64,000 bases of DNA from Vermamoeba vermiformis (GCA_045837725.1 JBEWZL010000136.1:124001-188000); one strand, 5' to 3'; numbered from the stretch's first letter, positions 11,723-27,153 are shown. A program made the numbers and translations. Notes: a model not told the origin generated them from the letters alone.

Positions 11723-14151
11723 CTACTTGGTGGAGTACTTATCCAAGCACAGTTTGAGAGTATCAATAGAACACGGTTTCATCAAGAAGTCATCCATTCC
11801 TGCTTTCAGTGCCATTGTTCTCTTCTCTTCCACTGCATGTGCTGTCAGTGCGATGATTGGTGTTGTCACGCCCATTTCACGCAACTCTGTCACCGTCGCT
11901 ATGCCATCTACAACATTACATTAGACATATCCATATTAAAGACGTCCATCTTACCCTTGATCGGCATCTCCAAGTCCAACAAGATGATGTCATACTTGGA
12001 TTGTTCCTTGTCTTTGAGCAGATCCGTTGCGAGTAAACCATTTGACGCCACATCAACTTGACATCCGAGCTTCATTAGTTGACCTCTGTTATTGAAACGA
12101 TGTCAATGTGAGTAGAATATACGAACTAGATTATGACTTACTTGATAACCATCTGATTGACGGCATTATCTTCAACGAGTAAGACCGAAAGCTGCCGACA
12201 GTCCGAATCAACGACAGTTCGCGGGACTTCTTTGTTCGTGGCGCCTTTATCGACACAGTCTTTTCCATCGTGCGGAATCCAGAACGTGAACTTGCTGCCT
12301 TGATTCGTCCCGTTGCTATTAGAAGGTTAGCTTTGTGTATTCAAAATCGACGCGAAGCCCGTACCTTCGGATACTAATGGCGCCATGCATGAGTTCAATT
12401 AACAACAGACAGATGTTCAGACCAAGCCCAGTGCCACCTGCAATCTCGTTCTTCTTTCGTAACGTAGCCTATCGAGTACAAAGGTGAGTACTTGCGTTGA
12501 GTATCATGAAAGTGACACGTGTCAACAACGAATTTGTGTTGAAAGTCATCAAAGTGACACTAATAAGCATGACACGTGTCAAAAGGAGTTGATTCGTACC
12601 TGTTCGAAGGCTGAAAATATCTTCTCAAAGTCGTTTACGTCCACACCAATGCCCGTGTCTTTCACTGAAAACTTGAGGAATGTTTTGCATTCCCTCGTCC
12701 AAGTCTTCGTCATCGAGAAGTTTCCAATCATTGACTCTACGATGCTTTTGTCAGTGTCCAATTTGACTTTCACTTGAATCTTGCCGCTGCTCGTGAACTT
12801 GACGGCATTCGATAACAAATTGACGAGGATTTGTTTCACTTTTGTTTTGTCGGCTGTAAATAACTCGGGTGTTTTGGGGTCAATATTTTTAATGAAATTG
12901 ATGCCTGTCTTTTGGTTCAGTAGCGGTGATACGACTTCAGCAGCTTCGTTCATTAATTCTTTTACGTTCACTGTCTCCATTATTAGCTTCATCTTGCCAG
13001 CCTCGATCTAATAACGTAATTATAGCACCGTTGTTTCGATAGTATGGACTGCCGTACCTTCGAAAAGTCGAGAATGTCATTGATGAGCTGCAATAGATTC
13101 GTGGAGCATGTCTTGGCAATGTTGATGAGTTTGACGTATTCATCAGTCAGTGGTGCGAACTTGAGAATATCGATCGCTCCGATGATGCCTGACAACGGCG
13201 TTCTGTGAAAATTTGTCGGTAAGTGTCATTGTGGCACGTGTCAAATTAAGCGTCAGGTTCGCGGACGACCTTTCGTATACTAACGACCAAACTACTTCAA
13301 AGCTATGTTTACCATATTAAAGTATAATATTGTACCTTAATTCGTGGCTCATACGGCAAAGGAACTCCGTCTTGTGTTTGTTGGCCTGCTCGAGCCGAGA
13401 AAATGTCTCTGTAAACTTGAGGATGCTGATACTAATCAGAAACGTCTCGGAGATATTCCGTGCAATAAACGAGCCCCTATAGAATCAATTATAAGCTCGT
13501 TTAATAAAATTGCATTTTTGGGATCTGAACGTACCAAAGGTTTGTTTCTCCTACAGCTTGGAGAAATATAAATCCTAAGGTAAAATTCGCTATCAAACCT
13601 ACGAATAATCCCTCGAGACCTATAGAACCTTAGATTAATAATGATTGAATTTCGCAATAACTGCAGTAATAAGTATACCTAATATCAGCCCGCTTACAAC
13701 GAGAAAGCCTGAACTTTGAAAGGCAAATTTTTCAAAGGCAAATTCCGGAGAGCCGACAGAATGAGTATATACGGCCACGTACATCAGTAGAATCGAAAAA
13801 TAGCCAGCTTTTCTTTCTGAATCTGTCAGACAAAAAATGGCAACGCTGACAATGCAAGACAAAGGTGATAAAATCGATACTACTTTGTGTGGCCCTGATT
13901 CGCCGAATATAACATCTATTGAAAATAAATTATGACAATTTTAAAATTACATCTGAAATTATACTTTACTTACCGGCAAGAATTAAAACAAATAACGAAA
14001 GGCACAATACTAATAATCGTATATACATTCGAATAAATAGCTCTGCTTTTTCAACACTAGATCCATCAATCCGTTTCTGTCGCCAAAACCGAGACACAAT
14101 ACAAGAGACTATTTGATCTTCTCGGTATTTGTACGTTGAAAAACATGTCAT
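11723..14151 (-). CDS. Hybrid sensor histidine kinase, copy 4 (closest paralog of copy 3)
   Basis: MTCFSTYKYRED start; FCLTDSERKAGY; HK boxes and receiver present; ends CLDKYSTK-TAG. Confidence 0.92.
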
Positions 14152-14365
14152 TGTTGTATTGTGCCAAATATTTAATTCAAATACAAAATCTCACTGTGAG
14201 GAATTTTAAATTTTAGCGGATCGTTAATCCCAATTTGGCCTTATTTCGCTATGGACTTGATTTCTGTGATTCATTCGCCAATTCTGAAACCTTCGATGTG
14301 TCTGCGCGGTAACAATCTCATCCAGTCGTTAGCTGTTCCGACGTCCGTTCACTGAACCAAGCAGA

Positions 14366-16638
14366 TTACTTAAACTTGTGTCGGTATTTGTCCAAGCATT
14401 GTTTGAGAGTATCAATAGAGCACGGTTTCATCAAGAAGTCATCCATTCCTGCTTTCAGTGCCATTGTTCTCTTCTCTTCCACTGCATGTGCTGTCAGTGC
14501 GATGATCGGTGTTGTCACGCCCATTTCACGCAACTCTGTCACCGTAGTAATACCATCTAATACAATGTTAGTCTACTTGTAGGCATTGAACTTATAGTAA
14601 AATATTACCTTTAACGGGCATCTCTAAGTCTAGCAAAATCAAGTCGAACTTGGACTTGGACACGCGGCTCATTTTATCAACGGCAATTAGACCGTTCGAT
14701 GCCACCTCTACGGTGCATCCGAGCTTAGTTAATTGACCCCTAATAACATAACATATTAGACAAGTCCTTGTACTAACGTATTATCAGGGACTTACTTGAT
14801 CACTGTTTGATTGACCGTGTTGTCCTCGACCAAGAAGATGGCAGGAGGCCGTGTTGGAGTGCCATTTTGCACTGCTCCGTTAGCCTCGGTCTCCTCATCG
14901 TCCATAATAACCTCTTCGTAAGGCACCCAGAACGTGAAAGTACTGCCCTTGTTCAAACCAGGACTAACCAGTACAACATTAGCACGTTGATTTTAGCTTA
15001 GTCGAACGAGTATACGTACCTCTTAATGCTGATTGCACCTTGCATCAGTTTGACAAGCAAAAGACAAATGTTGAGACCAAGGCCCGTGCCACCAATAATC
15101 TCGCCTTCCTTCTTATTCGACGCCTGCTCGAATGCGGAGAAAATCTTCTCAAAGTCGCGAGAGCTGACGCCGACACCAGTGTCCTTCACAATGAACTTCA
15201 AGAACTTTTTGCCAACGGCCCAAGTCTGCGTGTTCGAATTTGAGTGGTTGATAGTCTCTAAAATGTCCTTCAAATCTGAGCTTTTGACGGTGAGTGCGAT
15301 GCTGCCGGAGGTTGTGAACTTCACCGCATTGCTCAACAAATTGACGAGGATCTGTTTGATCTTCACCAAGTCACCTGAGAAGTACTCTGGTGCGTCCTTC
15401 AAAATCTTAGCCTTGAACTTGACATCTTTCTTCTGGTTCAATAGGCCTGAGACTACGTCCTTCGCTGCATTCACGAGCTTTTCCAATTTAACAGCCTCAA
15501 ATTTCAAACGCATCTTGCCGGCCTCAATCTACATTACAATAATCGTGGTTATATACTTGACAGTAGTCAAATAAAGGAAGTGTAAAGTGTAGTGGTACCT
15601 TTGAGAAGTCGAGAATGTCGTTGATGACTTGGAGCAAGTTCTTCGAGCACTCTTGCGCGATATTGATAAGTCTCATATTCTGCTCAGAGTGCGGTGCAAA
15701 CTTTAATATTTCAATAGAGCCGATAATACCAGATAAGGGCGTTCTAAAAAAAGGAGCTCGGTTAAATCACAAAGAAATACACAAGAGTATTGTACAATAC
15801 CTCAATTCATGGCTCATTCGGCATAAAAACTCCGTTTTGTGTTTATCTGCTTGCTCTAGGCGCGAGAAAGTTTCAGTAAACTTCAAGATGCCGATCAACG
15901 ACAAACAACACTCGGCAAAGGTTCTGGAATGGAATGCAGCCCTTTAAAGCAAATAATAAGTTTCACGCTGCTATGAAGTGCGACTTACCACAGTATCTCA
16001 AGGTTTGGCTCGCCGTGGCTCGCATGGAGGTAGGCAAATCCAAGCAGAGTGTTTACAATAAAAGTTATTAAAACTCCTTCATTGCCTAAATAACATTCGT
16101 AAGATAGTTTGTTCGATGCTAGCTAAAATTAACTCGCTACTACGAAACTAAATCAAAACTGGATGTGATCTTACCTAACACAAGACCGCCAAAAATTATA
16201 AATATCGAGCTTCTCGCGGCAAATGTCTCAAAGTTTCCAAATACAAATACGGAAACGCATATTGTTGAATAAACGACCAGCATTGAAAAATAGCCCGTTT
16301 TGCGCTCCGAATCTGTCCGACAATAAATGTAGATTGCCATCAGCGTTGAAAATGGCGCTAGGATTGCTAGAAGTCGATACGATGAGGCGCCAATGTTCAT
16401 AGCTGAACTAAATGGTTAGGAGCTTGGTCAATTGTTTAAAAATCGAATCCCTACCCACTAGTGTTTTGATAAAAAATAATACTGAGAGCATAAATATTCT
16501 AAAATATGCCCGTATTAACAAGTCTGCTTTTACAATGCTGGAGCCTTCTAATCTTTTTTTCGGAGTCCAATAACGAGAGCAGATCATCGTTACTATCTGA
16601 TCCTCCTTCGCCACGTATGCATTGAACAAAGCCTGCAT
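14366..16638 (-). CDS. Hybrid sensor histidine kinase, copy 5
   Basis: MQALFNAY start; YCRTDSERKTGY; HATPase exon 14998..15513; receiver; ends CLDKYRHKFK-TAA. Confidence 0.92.
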
Positions 16639-17072
16639 TTTATTCGTAAATATATAATGAATTACACAGGCTTGTTGCGGTTAACATCGGGACATTAATA
16701 AATGAATACGCAAAATTGCCCAATTTTAGAATATCTCCTGTAAGATCAAGTTCAGGGCTTTAATCGTTGTTTGCGCTCCTAGAACTATATATGACAGAGT
16801 AGTTCATGCAACAGCTTTATTCAGATTTGCCAACCGTTTAGCCTGATCTGATATCTGAACCCGTACATTTGCCAATTATGGTAATTTAAATGTATGGCGA
16901 GGTATGGAACATCAATATCGGTTAAATTAACGCCGTTGTTAAACGTAAATCCTGCTCGTAGTAACTTGCTTGATTCTGTTCTTAATCTCCCGCAATCTCC
17001 ACGGTAGATCCACGTCTGTGCGTTGTGAATCGTACACAGCAAGTATACGAACCGCAAACTTCGGTAGGAACC

Positions 17073-19280
17073 TCACTTGGGTGCATACTTATCCAAGCAT
17101 TGCTTGAGAGTATCGATTGAACACGGTTTCATCAAGAAATCGTCCATTCCTGCTTTCAGTGCCATTGTTCTCTTCTCCTCCACTGCATGTGCTGTCAGTG
17201 CCACTATATGCGTCTTAATTCCAATCGCCCGCATCTCCATAACAGTCGTTATTCCATCTGACCAATGGATCAATTCCCAATAAAGACTTGAAATAGCTTG
17301 ACGTACCTTTAATAGGCATTTCTAGGTCTAAAAGGACCAAATCGTATCGATCCTTACTGTTTTTAATCATATTTAGTGCTAGCTGGCCGTTCGGTGCCAC
17401 ATCCACGTTACATCCAAGTTTTACGAGCTGACCTCTATACAACGGCAATTGTTAGCGTTGAAAATCATGCTAACAGCCTCTTACTTTATAACCAGCTGAT
17501 TGACGGCATTGTCCTCAACTAACAAGATGCTTCTAGTGTTGGAAGTTGATCTGTGGAGAGGGACTAGATCTTCCTTCATCACGTAACTGTTCTCGAAATC
17601 TTGATACGGAACCCAAAACGAAAATGAACTGCCCTTGTTAATGCCTAGACTCTTAACGCTAATAGCACCCTCCATGAGCTTTGCCAAGAGAAGACAAATG
17701 TTCAGTCCGAGACCCGTTCCACCAACGACTTCTGCTTTCTGCTTAGAAGTAGCCTAATATTTCTAACTTAGAATCTACTCCCTAGTATCAAGACAGCTAT
17801 CTTACTTGTTCGAAGGCCGAGAATATCTTCTCGAAGTCGCCAGAGCTGACTCCAACACCCGTGTCTTTCACGGTGATCTTGATGTGCTTATCCGATCGTG
17901 CCCAGGACTTAGTCAAGGTACTCCTTTTGTTGGTTTGATCAACGATGTTCTGAATTGTAGTCGGCTTCACTTTCAGAATGATACTACCGTGGTGAGTAAA
18001 CTTTACGGCGTTCGACAAGAAGTTCACCAACACTTGTTTGATTTTGATCTTATCGCTTAAAAACACATCTGGCAACTCTGTAGATATGATACTCTTCATC
18101 TGTACTTCTGGTTTTTGAGATAACAACGGCGCGACCACTTGTGTAGCGGCATTGATAAGCTCACGAAGCTTTACCGTCTCGATCGTCAACCTCATCTTTC
18201 CAGCCTCGATCTACAAATATGTGAGTGATAGAACTTGGGCTCAATTAGGAAATATTCACACCTTCGAGAAGTCTAGAATGTCGTTGATTATTTGCAATAA
18301 ATTCTTCGAGCACGTCTGCGCGATGTTCACCAACTTGCTGTACTCGTCCGTCAACGGCGCGAACTTTAGAATATCAATGGAGCCAATAATACCAGACAAC
18401 GGCGTTCTGGATCAAAGTTAGTTAGTTATAACGTAATGTTGCATATTCTAATATTACCGTAGTTCATGGCTCATTCTGCATAAAAATTCAGTCTTGTGTT
18501 TATCGGCCTGTTCGAAGCGGGAGAAAATTTCGGTGAACCGTATTATACCGATAACTGATATTAATCCCTCGACTAGATTTTTAGCGAGAAAGGCTGACCT
18601 GAAAAATCTATTAGACTGGCGGTGGCTAACTACGGATCTTACCATAACACTGATAAGTCAGGCGAGTGTGGACGATGCTTCAGCTCCTCGCATAGCAAAA
18701 TATATCCCATAATATTATTCAGGATGAAGGTAGCAAAGACCCCTTCCACACCTAAACGGCTCTGAGTAAACTTTTTTCGATCGGATGGGACTTACCTAAA
18801 GTCATTCCTCCAACCATAAATAATACTGAGCTCTGAACAGCGAATAGATCGAATGCTTTTGGAGAATCGATTGAGGACCAATAAACTATTTGATAGAGTA
18901 CAAAATAAGCGAAGTACCCGACTGATCTTTCTGAATCTGTTTTGCAATAGAGATAGATTCCAGTAAAGCAACATGGAACCGCTAATATGGTAAGATTTTT
19001 ATAAGGTCCGTATTGGTTAAACACCTCTACAAATAAATCACAATTAATTATCATTAAAAAAAAACTCGTTATGAATTAAATATGAAATGATCGTACCTAA
19101 ATAAGTCAAGATCGATGGTATTATAGCGAGCACTATCACTCTAAAATACATTTTAATATTTAGGTCGACTCTTCTGATGCTCGATCCATCGTCGACTCTT
19201 CTCGGTTGCCAATAAGCCGAGTATATCCTCGATACGAGACGATCCTCTTTTTCGCGGTACCAATTAATCCATTCTGCCAT
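17073..19280 (-). CDS. Hybrid sensor histidine kinase, copy 6
   Basis: MAEWINWY start; YCKTDSERSVGY; MSHELR; NAVKFT; LLDLEMP; ends CLDKYAPK. Confidence 0.92.
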
Positions 19281-19476
19281 GGTCGCGTTTGGTACGCTCT
19301 GTTGTTCTTGCCTTTAGATTTGAGATTGCCAAATTTAGCTACTCCATTAATCGGCTCCTGTGAACAAATCGATGTAAGTGTCATTGCTTAGACATTGATT
19401 AGTATACTTACTGTCTTGTAATCCAGAGTAAATTGCCCTCCTATCATAAGTTCTGGGACTGATTCCACATCTGTTA

Positions 19477-21755
19477 CTATTTTTGGCGGTATTTTTCTAA
19501 ACATTGTTTGAGCGTGTCCATAGAGCATGGCTTCATCAAGAAATCGTCCATTCCTGCTTTCAGTGCCATTGTTCTTTTCTCTTCTACTGCATGCGCCGTT
19601 AGAGCTACAATGGGTATCGTTACGCCCATTTCTCGCAGCTCTCGACAAGCAGTAATGCCATCTGCAATCATATAAGCATCAAAATGTAATTAATATTGCT
19701 GTACTGACCCATTACCGGCATTTCCAAGTCCAACAAGATCAAGTCATATTGCGAAGGGGTTGCCACCGATTTGGATCTCTTGTCCTTTTTAAACTTTTTG
19801 ACCGCGATCAAGCCATTTGATGCTACATCTACGGTACATCCAAGCTTGACTAACTGTGCTCTAAATTAATAATATTAGAAACCTCGGCTAGAATAATGTC
19901 ATCGTACTTTATAACCAGCTGATTGACGCTGTTATCGTCCACAAGCAGTACCGAAGGCGAGTTAGTAGCAAGTCTGCCTATGTCAATCAACTCCTCTTCG
20001 CTTGCTTCACAGTCGCCATCCACGTGTACTTCACACGGGATCCAGAAAAAGAACGCGCTGCCCTTGTCGCGGCCAAGACTAGAGAACCACTCCGTTATTA
20101 ATCCAGGTTGATTGAATATTAAGTATCACGCGTACCTTCGAACGCCGATGGCGCCTTGCATTAGTTTCACAAGCAATAGACAAATGTTTAATCCTAGGCC
20201 TGTTCCACCGAGCACTTCTCCGTCTCTTCGATTCGACGCCTGTGCTTTAGCGTTAGTACTTGTGCCTGTTGAAATATTACGTCGTCGTACTTGTTCGAAT
20301 GCCGAGAATATTTTGTCGTAATCTTCTGGCTCAATTCCTCTGCCAGTGTCTTCAACAGTGAATTTGATGAAATTGTTGCTGTTAGCCCACGACTTCATAA
20401 ACATCTTCGGATCAACTGAGGCATCGAGAATACGTTGTGAAGTATCGACACCGACTCGTAGTGTGATACTGCCTCGCGTTGTGAACTTTACCGCGTTTGA
20501 CAAGAGGTTAATTAACACTTGTTTGATCCGCGTGAGATCGCCTGAAAAGCTCTCAGGCACTTCATTAGCAAGAACGGTCTTGAACTCAATCTCTGCTTTC
20601 TGCGTCACTAATGGCGTTATTACTTCAGAAACATCTTTGACGAGGTCACGTGGTTTGATCTTGTCGAACTTCACTTTCATCTTCCCGGCTTCAATCTGCG
20701 ATAAACGTAAGGATCGAAAAAGGAGATAGGATTATTACCGTACCTTTGAGAAGTCTAGAATGTCGTTAATAACCTGCAAGAGGTTCTTAGAACACGTCTT
20801 GGCAATGTTGATGAGTTTGACGTATTCATCAGTCAGTGGTGCGAACTTGAGAATATCGATTGCTCCGATGATGCCTGATAACGGCGTTCTGTGAAACGAA
20901 TTAACGACTCGTATCGCCGGCAGATTTTCCGATTCGATGCATCGTACCTTAATTCATGGCTCATTCTGCATAAAAATTCTGTTTTGTGTTTGTTGGCTTC
21001 TTCGAGGCGGGAAAATGCCTCGTTGAATTTCGCAATGCTTATTAAGGTAATGCAGCACTCGGAGATTGTTCTGGCTTGGTAAACAACCCTATGAAAATGT
21101 AATTAATAACTTTCGATCGATTAGGAGCCGTACCATAAGCCGGTTAAGCGCGTGGCATCCGCTGGATCCGCTGCAATTTGGGTTTTTGAAAATATATAGC
21201 CCAAGATCGAATTTAATATAGTCGATATTATTACTCCTTGCTTGCCTGAATAAAATTCTTGTTATTTTAAAATTCCGCGCATACTTTGCTTACCGAGACA
21301 TAAACCACTATAGATGATAAATGTAGAGCTTCTTATAGCAAAAGTTTCAAATCCAACTGCCCCTCGTATTGTTGGGACGCTTATTAATGCGTACAAGAAC
21401 GAAATAGCAACGCTACCCGTCAATAATTCCGAATCTGTACGACAGAATAAATAAATTGAAAAAATCGAAGCTGTAGGCCCAATAGCTGCAATATATTTAA
21501 ATGACGGTTCTTTATGGAGAGGAACTAAATTAAAATTGAATCATTAGATCACGAAACCGGTTTATAATTTAAATTCCACTTACATAATACTGCCACGATA
21601 AATAAGGATAAAGACAATAAAAATAAACGAAAATACACTCGAATAGCTAGTTGCGCTTTCGTTGTGCTTGATCCATTTACTTTTCTTGGTCTCCAGTACC
21701 GAGAATAAATTGCCGTCACTGCCCTGTTTTCTTGCTGCTGAATAAATTCGAGCAT
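19477..21755 (-). CDS. Hybrid sensor histidine kinase, copy 7
   Basis: MLEFIQQQE start; FCRTDSELLTG variant motif; HK boxes and receiver present; ends CLEKYRQK. Confidence 0.92.
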
Positions 21756-22032
21756 CGAGGCATGTTATACTATTGGTATTTACAAATAGACTGAAATTAC
21801 ACTCGGAATATTGCATATTTATGCAGTTTTTATACATTCGTCCAAAAATGGAAATGTGGGCGGGAAACTATTCTACGTGGATCCATCCTGTTAAACCATT
21901 CTGTCGCAAACTCTCCATACCCAAAAACTTTGGGTTGTTCAAACGTAGATTATATGACTTGAAGCAGATCTGATTTCCGTTAAACCCTTCGTCCGCGTGT
22001 CTTGAGTCGTCAGCACAAAGAATTCAAGCTAA

Positions 22033-24424
22033 TTACTTAACTACGTGGTGCTCGAGACACTGTTTGAGAGTATCAATAGAGCACGGTTTCATCAAGAAGT
22101 CATCCATTCCTGCTTTCAGTGCCATTGTTCTCTTCTCTTCCACTGCATGTGCTGTCAGTGCAATGATTGGTGTTTTAACGCCCATCTTGCGCAACTCAAT
22201 CACTGTCTCGATACCATCTGAAACTTGTCAGTACAGCGACGTTGCTATTAGCCGATGTTACCTTTTACTGGCATTTCTAAATCGAGCAAGATGATATCAT
22301 ACGATGGCTTTGGCTTCGTTTTGAACTTTTGAATGGCTAGTAATCCGTTTGAAGCGATATCAACTTGACAACCAAGACGTGTCAACTGACCCCTGAAAAC
22401 AGCCTTAGTAACGCAATTATACTCAGCCAGTATGTTTACGCACTTAATAACCATTTGATTGACGGCATTATCTTCCGTGAGTAGAATCGACAACGCTCTG
22501 TCTCCAACACTGACCGACGCGGATCTGCTACTTGAAGTTGAGGTAGGTCCAACCAGCGGTACTTCCTCTTCGTAGCTCTTCGTGTAAGGTATCCAGAATG
22601 TGAAGGTGCTACCATGTCCGATGCCGTCACTACATATTTGTCAGCCATTTTGTGCTTCAGACGTCACAAAGGTACGTACCTCGTTATACCTAGCGCACCC
22701 TGCATCAACTTCACTAACAGCAAACAGATATTTAACCCTACAATGCGTTAATAGGCGTCTATTTAATACTCTTTCGATTGATCCTTACCCAGCCCTGTTC
22801 CAGTTTTGACGTGTTCCTCAGGTCGATGCGATGCTTGTTCAAAGGCTGAAAAAATTGCTGCAAAGTCTTTCCTAGCGACGCCAAGGCCTGTGTCTTTCAC
22901 TGAAAACTTGATAAATTGCGTGTTACTAGCCCAAGTTTTCACGAATGAATTGCTTTGAGTTAAGGCTCGTGTAATATCTTGGTTGGTTTCCATGTCAACT
23001 TGCAATGTGATGCTGCCTTTGTTCGTAAATTTCGTTGCATTTGACAGTAGATTAACGAGTATTTGCTTCAATTTGGTCATATCGCCAACGAAGAACTCTG
23101 GTGCGTCCTCTGAAATGATTACTTTTGATTCAACGTCAGGCTTTTGACCAAGCAATGGCGAGACTACTTCGAGTGAAGACATGACAAGATCGCGTAATTT
23201 AACGCGACCGAGGATTAATTTCATTTTTCCGGCTTCAATCTGCTCCAATTCATTAGCGAAACTGCCGTGGCGGAAAACTTTGCGATTTACCTTCGAAAAG
23301 TCCAATATATCGTTAATAACTTGCAATAAGTTCGTCGAACATGCTTTTGCCATCTCTATTAACTTCAAATATTCGTCTGTCAAGGGCGCAAACTTCAGAA
23401 TGTCAATGGATCCGATGATACCGGACAAGGGTGTTCTGTGAAAATGAATCAATAAAAATCGATAGCTTGGTATATATTCTATATGAGCCGAACCTTAACT
23501 CGTGGCTCATTCTGCATAAAAACTCGGTCTTGTGTTTGTCGGCTTGTTCGAGCTGGTTAAATGTCTCTTGGAATTTTAAAATATTGATCACCATAATCAA
23601 GCTTTCTACTATTGATCGTGTTTCGTACGATGTCCTAATTTAAAGATAATTAATTATTGACGGTTTGTAATGGATTTGTGAGCGATTCAATTTACCAAGT
23701 ATGGATCAGACGTTGTTTCTCGTTCATGCCTAGAGCTGGAGGGTAATGAACGACTCCATTGTATTCTGATTGCATTAATATGAAGCCTAATGTGCTGCTT
23801 ATGATAAATGACGCCACTAAGCCTTCAACACCTGAAAATTCGATAATTACTATTTTAGTTTAATTTCAAATGGTAAACATCGAGAAACATTATTAATCAT
23901 GAATAGTATTATATTGATAATCAGGATTGAATCGATAGCTGTAAATTTCTTACCAAGTAGCATCGAACACAGAATCAAAACGGTGTGACTGCGGATGGCA
24001 AACACGTAAAATCCGCCGTATCGGAACGTAGCGATGAATACAAGCATATAAAATATTGATATGAGGAAATATGCTGCTCTGCGCTCTGAATCCGTGCGGC
24101 AAAATATGTACAAAGCCAGGGCTATGAAAGACGGGACCAAAATCGTTATAAACGGGAAGAATATTTCTCCTATTATCGGTGCTGTGAAAATAAATTAATA
24201 ATTACTTGTAATTACGCTGGTGAAGTGGCAATAAACCTCTTACATGAAATGAAATTCAGCAGGAAGTACGTCAAGCCGAGAAACAATAGCCTGATATAAG
24301 TCTTGATTACTAAGTGTGCTCTTCCTATACTCGAACCGCCTATTCTGGATCTCCAATAACGAGATGAGATCTGTTTAATAATTTGATCTTCCGTTTGTTG
24401 GTATATTCCAGCCCATGCTTGCAT
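22033..24424 (-). CDS. Hybrid sensor histidine kinase, copy 8
   Basis: MQAWAGIY start; FCRTDSERRAAY; MSHELR; SNATKFT; extra intron inside the G2 box; ends CLEHHVVK-TAA. Confidence 0.92.
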
Positions 24425-24933
24425 CGCGTATAATAATATAATAAAAACGCAACTCCTTGCAAGGAATATTGCGCAGCTCTTGTTGTGCACACACAGCCGT
24501 TTCAGATTGTAAACTGTCTTTTTAGGCACGGAACAATTTAGGAGTCGCCGGCCACTGCCGACCGAGTAACTATTAACGATAAGCTACATGTGAGTTGCAC
24601 AACGTGAACGAGAACAACTTTGCCTACAAGGATCCAGAACCAAATACTAAGCGGATAGCAACCTTTCTGTTTACAGGCGCAAGGCTTAAGTAGAATTGAA
24701 GGTGAAGCTGTTTCGAATACATAAGAGGGTTAATTTTAATTTATAAAATATTTTATTGTTAACCTTGCAAAATGAATAAACCACTATGAGTCATATTCTC
24801 TTACAAGATCTATCAAAACAGTCGATTTTTTATATCGTTATTGTGATCTGCGTGAGTATTAGAATACAGTACAATTTTTCTTTGTTTTAAAGAAATTAAC
24901 CCACGCAGATCTGAATCCGAACACGAGCAGAAC

Positions 24934-26917
<1,984 letters not shown>

Positions 26918-27153
26918 CTCTTCCTTGTTCGTATAATTTGATAAAAGATTATCCCAAAAAATCAGCCAAAGATTTTCGCTGGTTTGAGCGATCACGTGCT
27001 CAAAGTCAAAAAATAAAATTGATAAAATTTTGCGTGCTGTTGAAACTGCTTAGCGACCGCCAGTGAGGCTGTTTTTCTTTGGTGATTGATAAAAGCAACA
27101 CTGTAAATAACTATATATTTGTATATTAATTAGTTTGCTTTTAACAAGACACG
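26918..27153. promoter_or_regulatory. Short bidirectional promoter region between divergent ARP3 and SF3B1
   Basis: Only 236 bp separate the two head-to-head start codons. Promoter function is inferred from gene orientation. Confidence 0.5.

Noticed and set aside
16821-17057. 78-aa ORF between HK5 and HK6
   Set aside because: Non-ATG start, lies in the HK6 3' flank, no counterpart in other spacers.
2111-22294. Repeated plus-strand Cys/His-rich ORFs (FHQEVIHSCFQCHCSLLFHCMCCQCDD..) resembling metallothioneins
   Set aside because: They are antisense shadows of the conserved receiver exon of each HK copy, and their starts and ends are not conserved.
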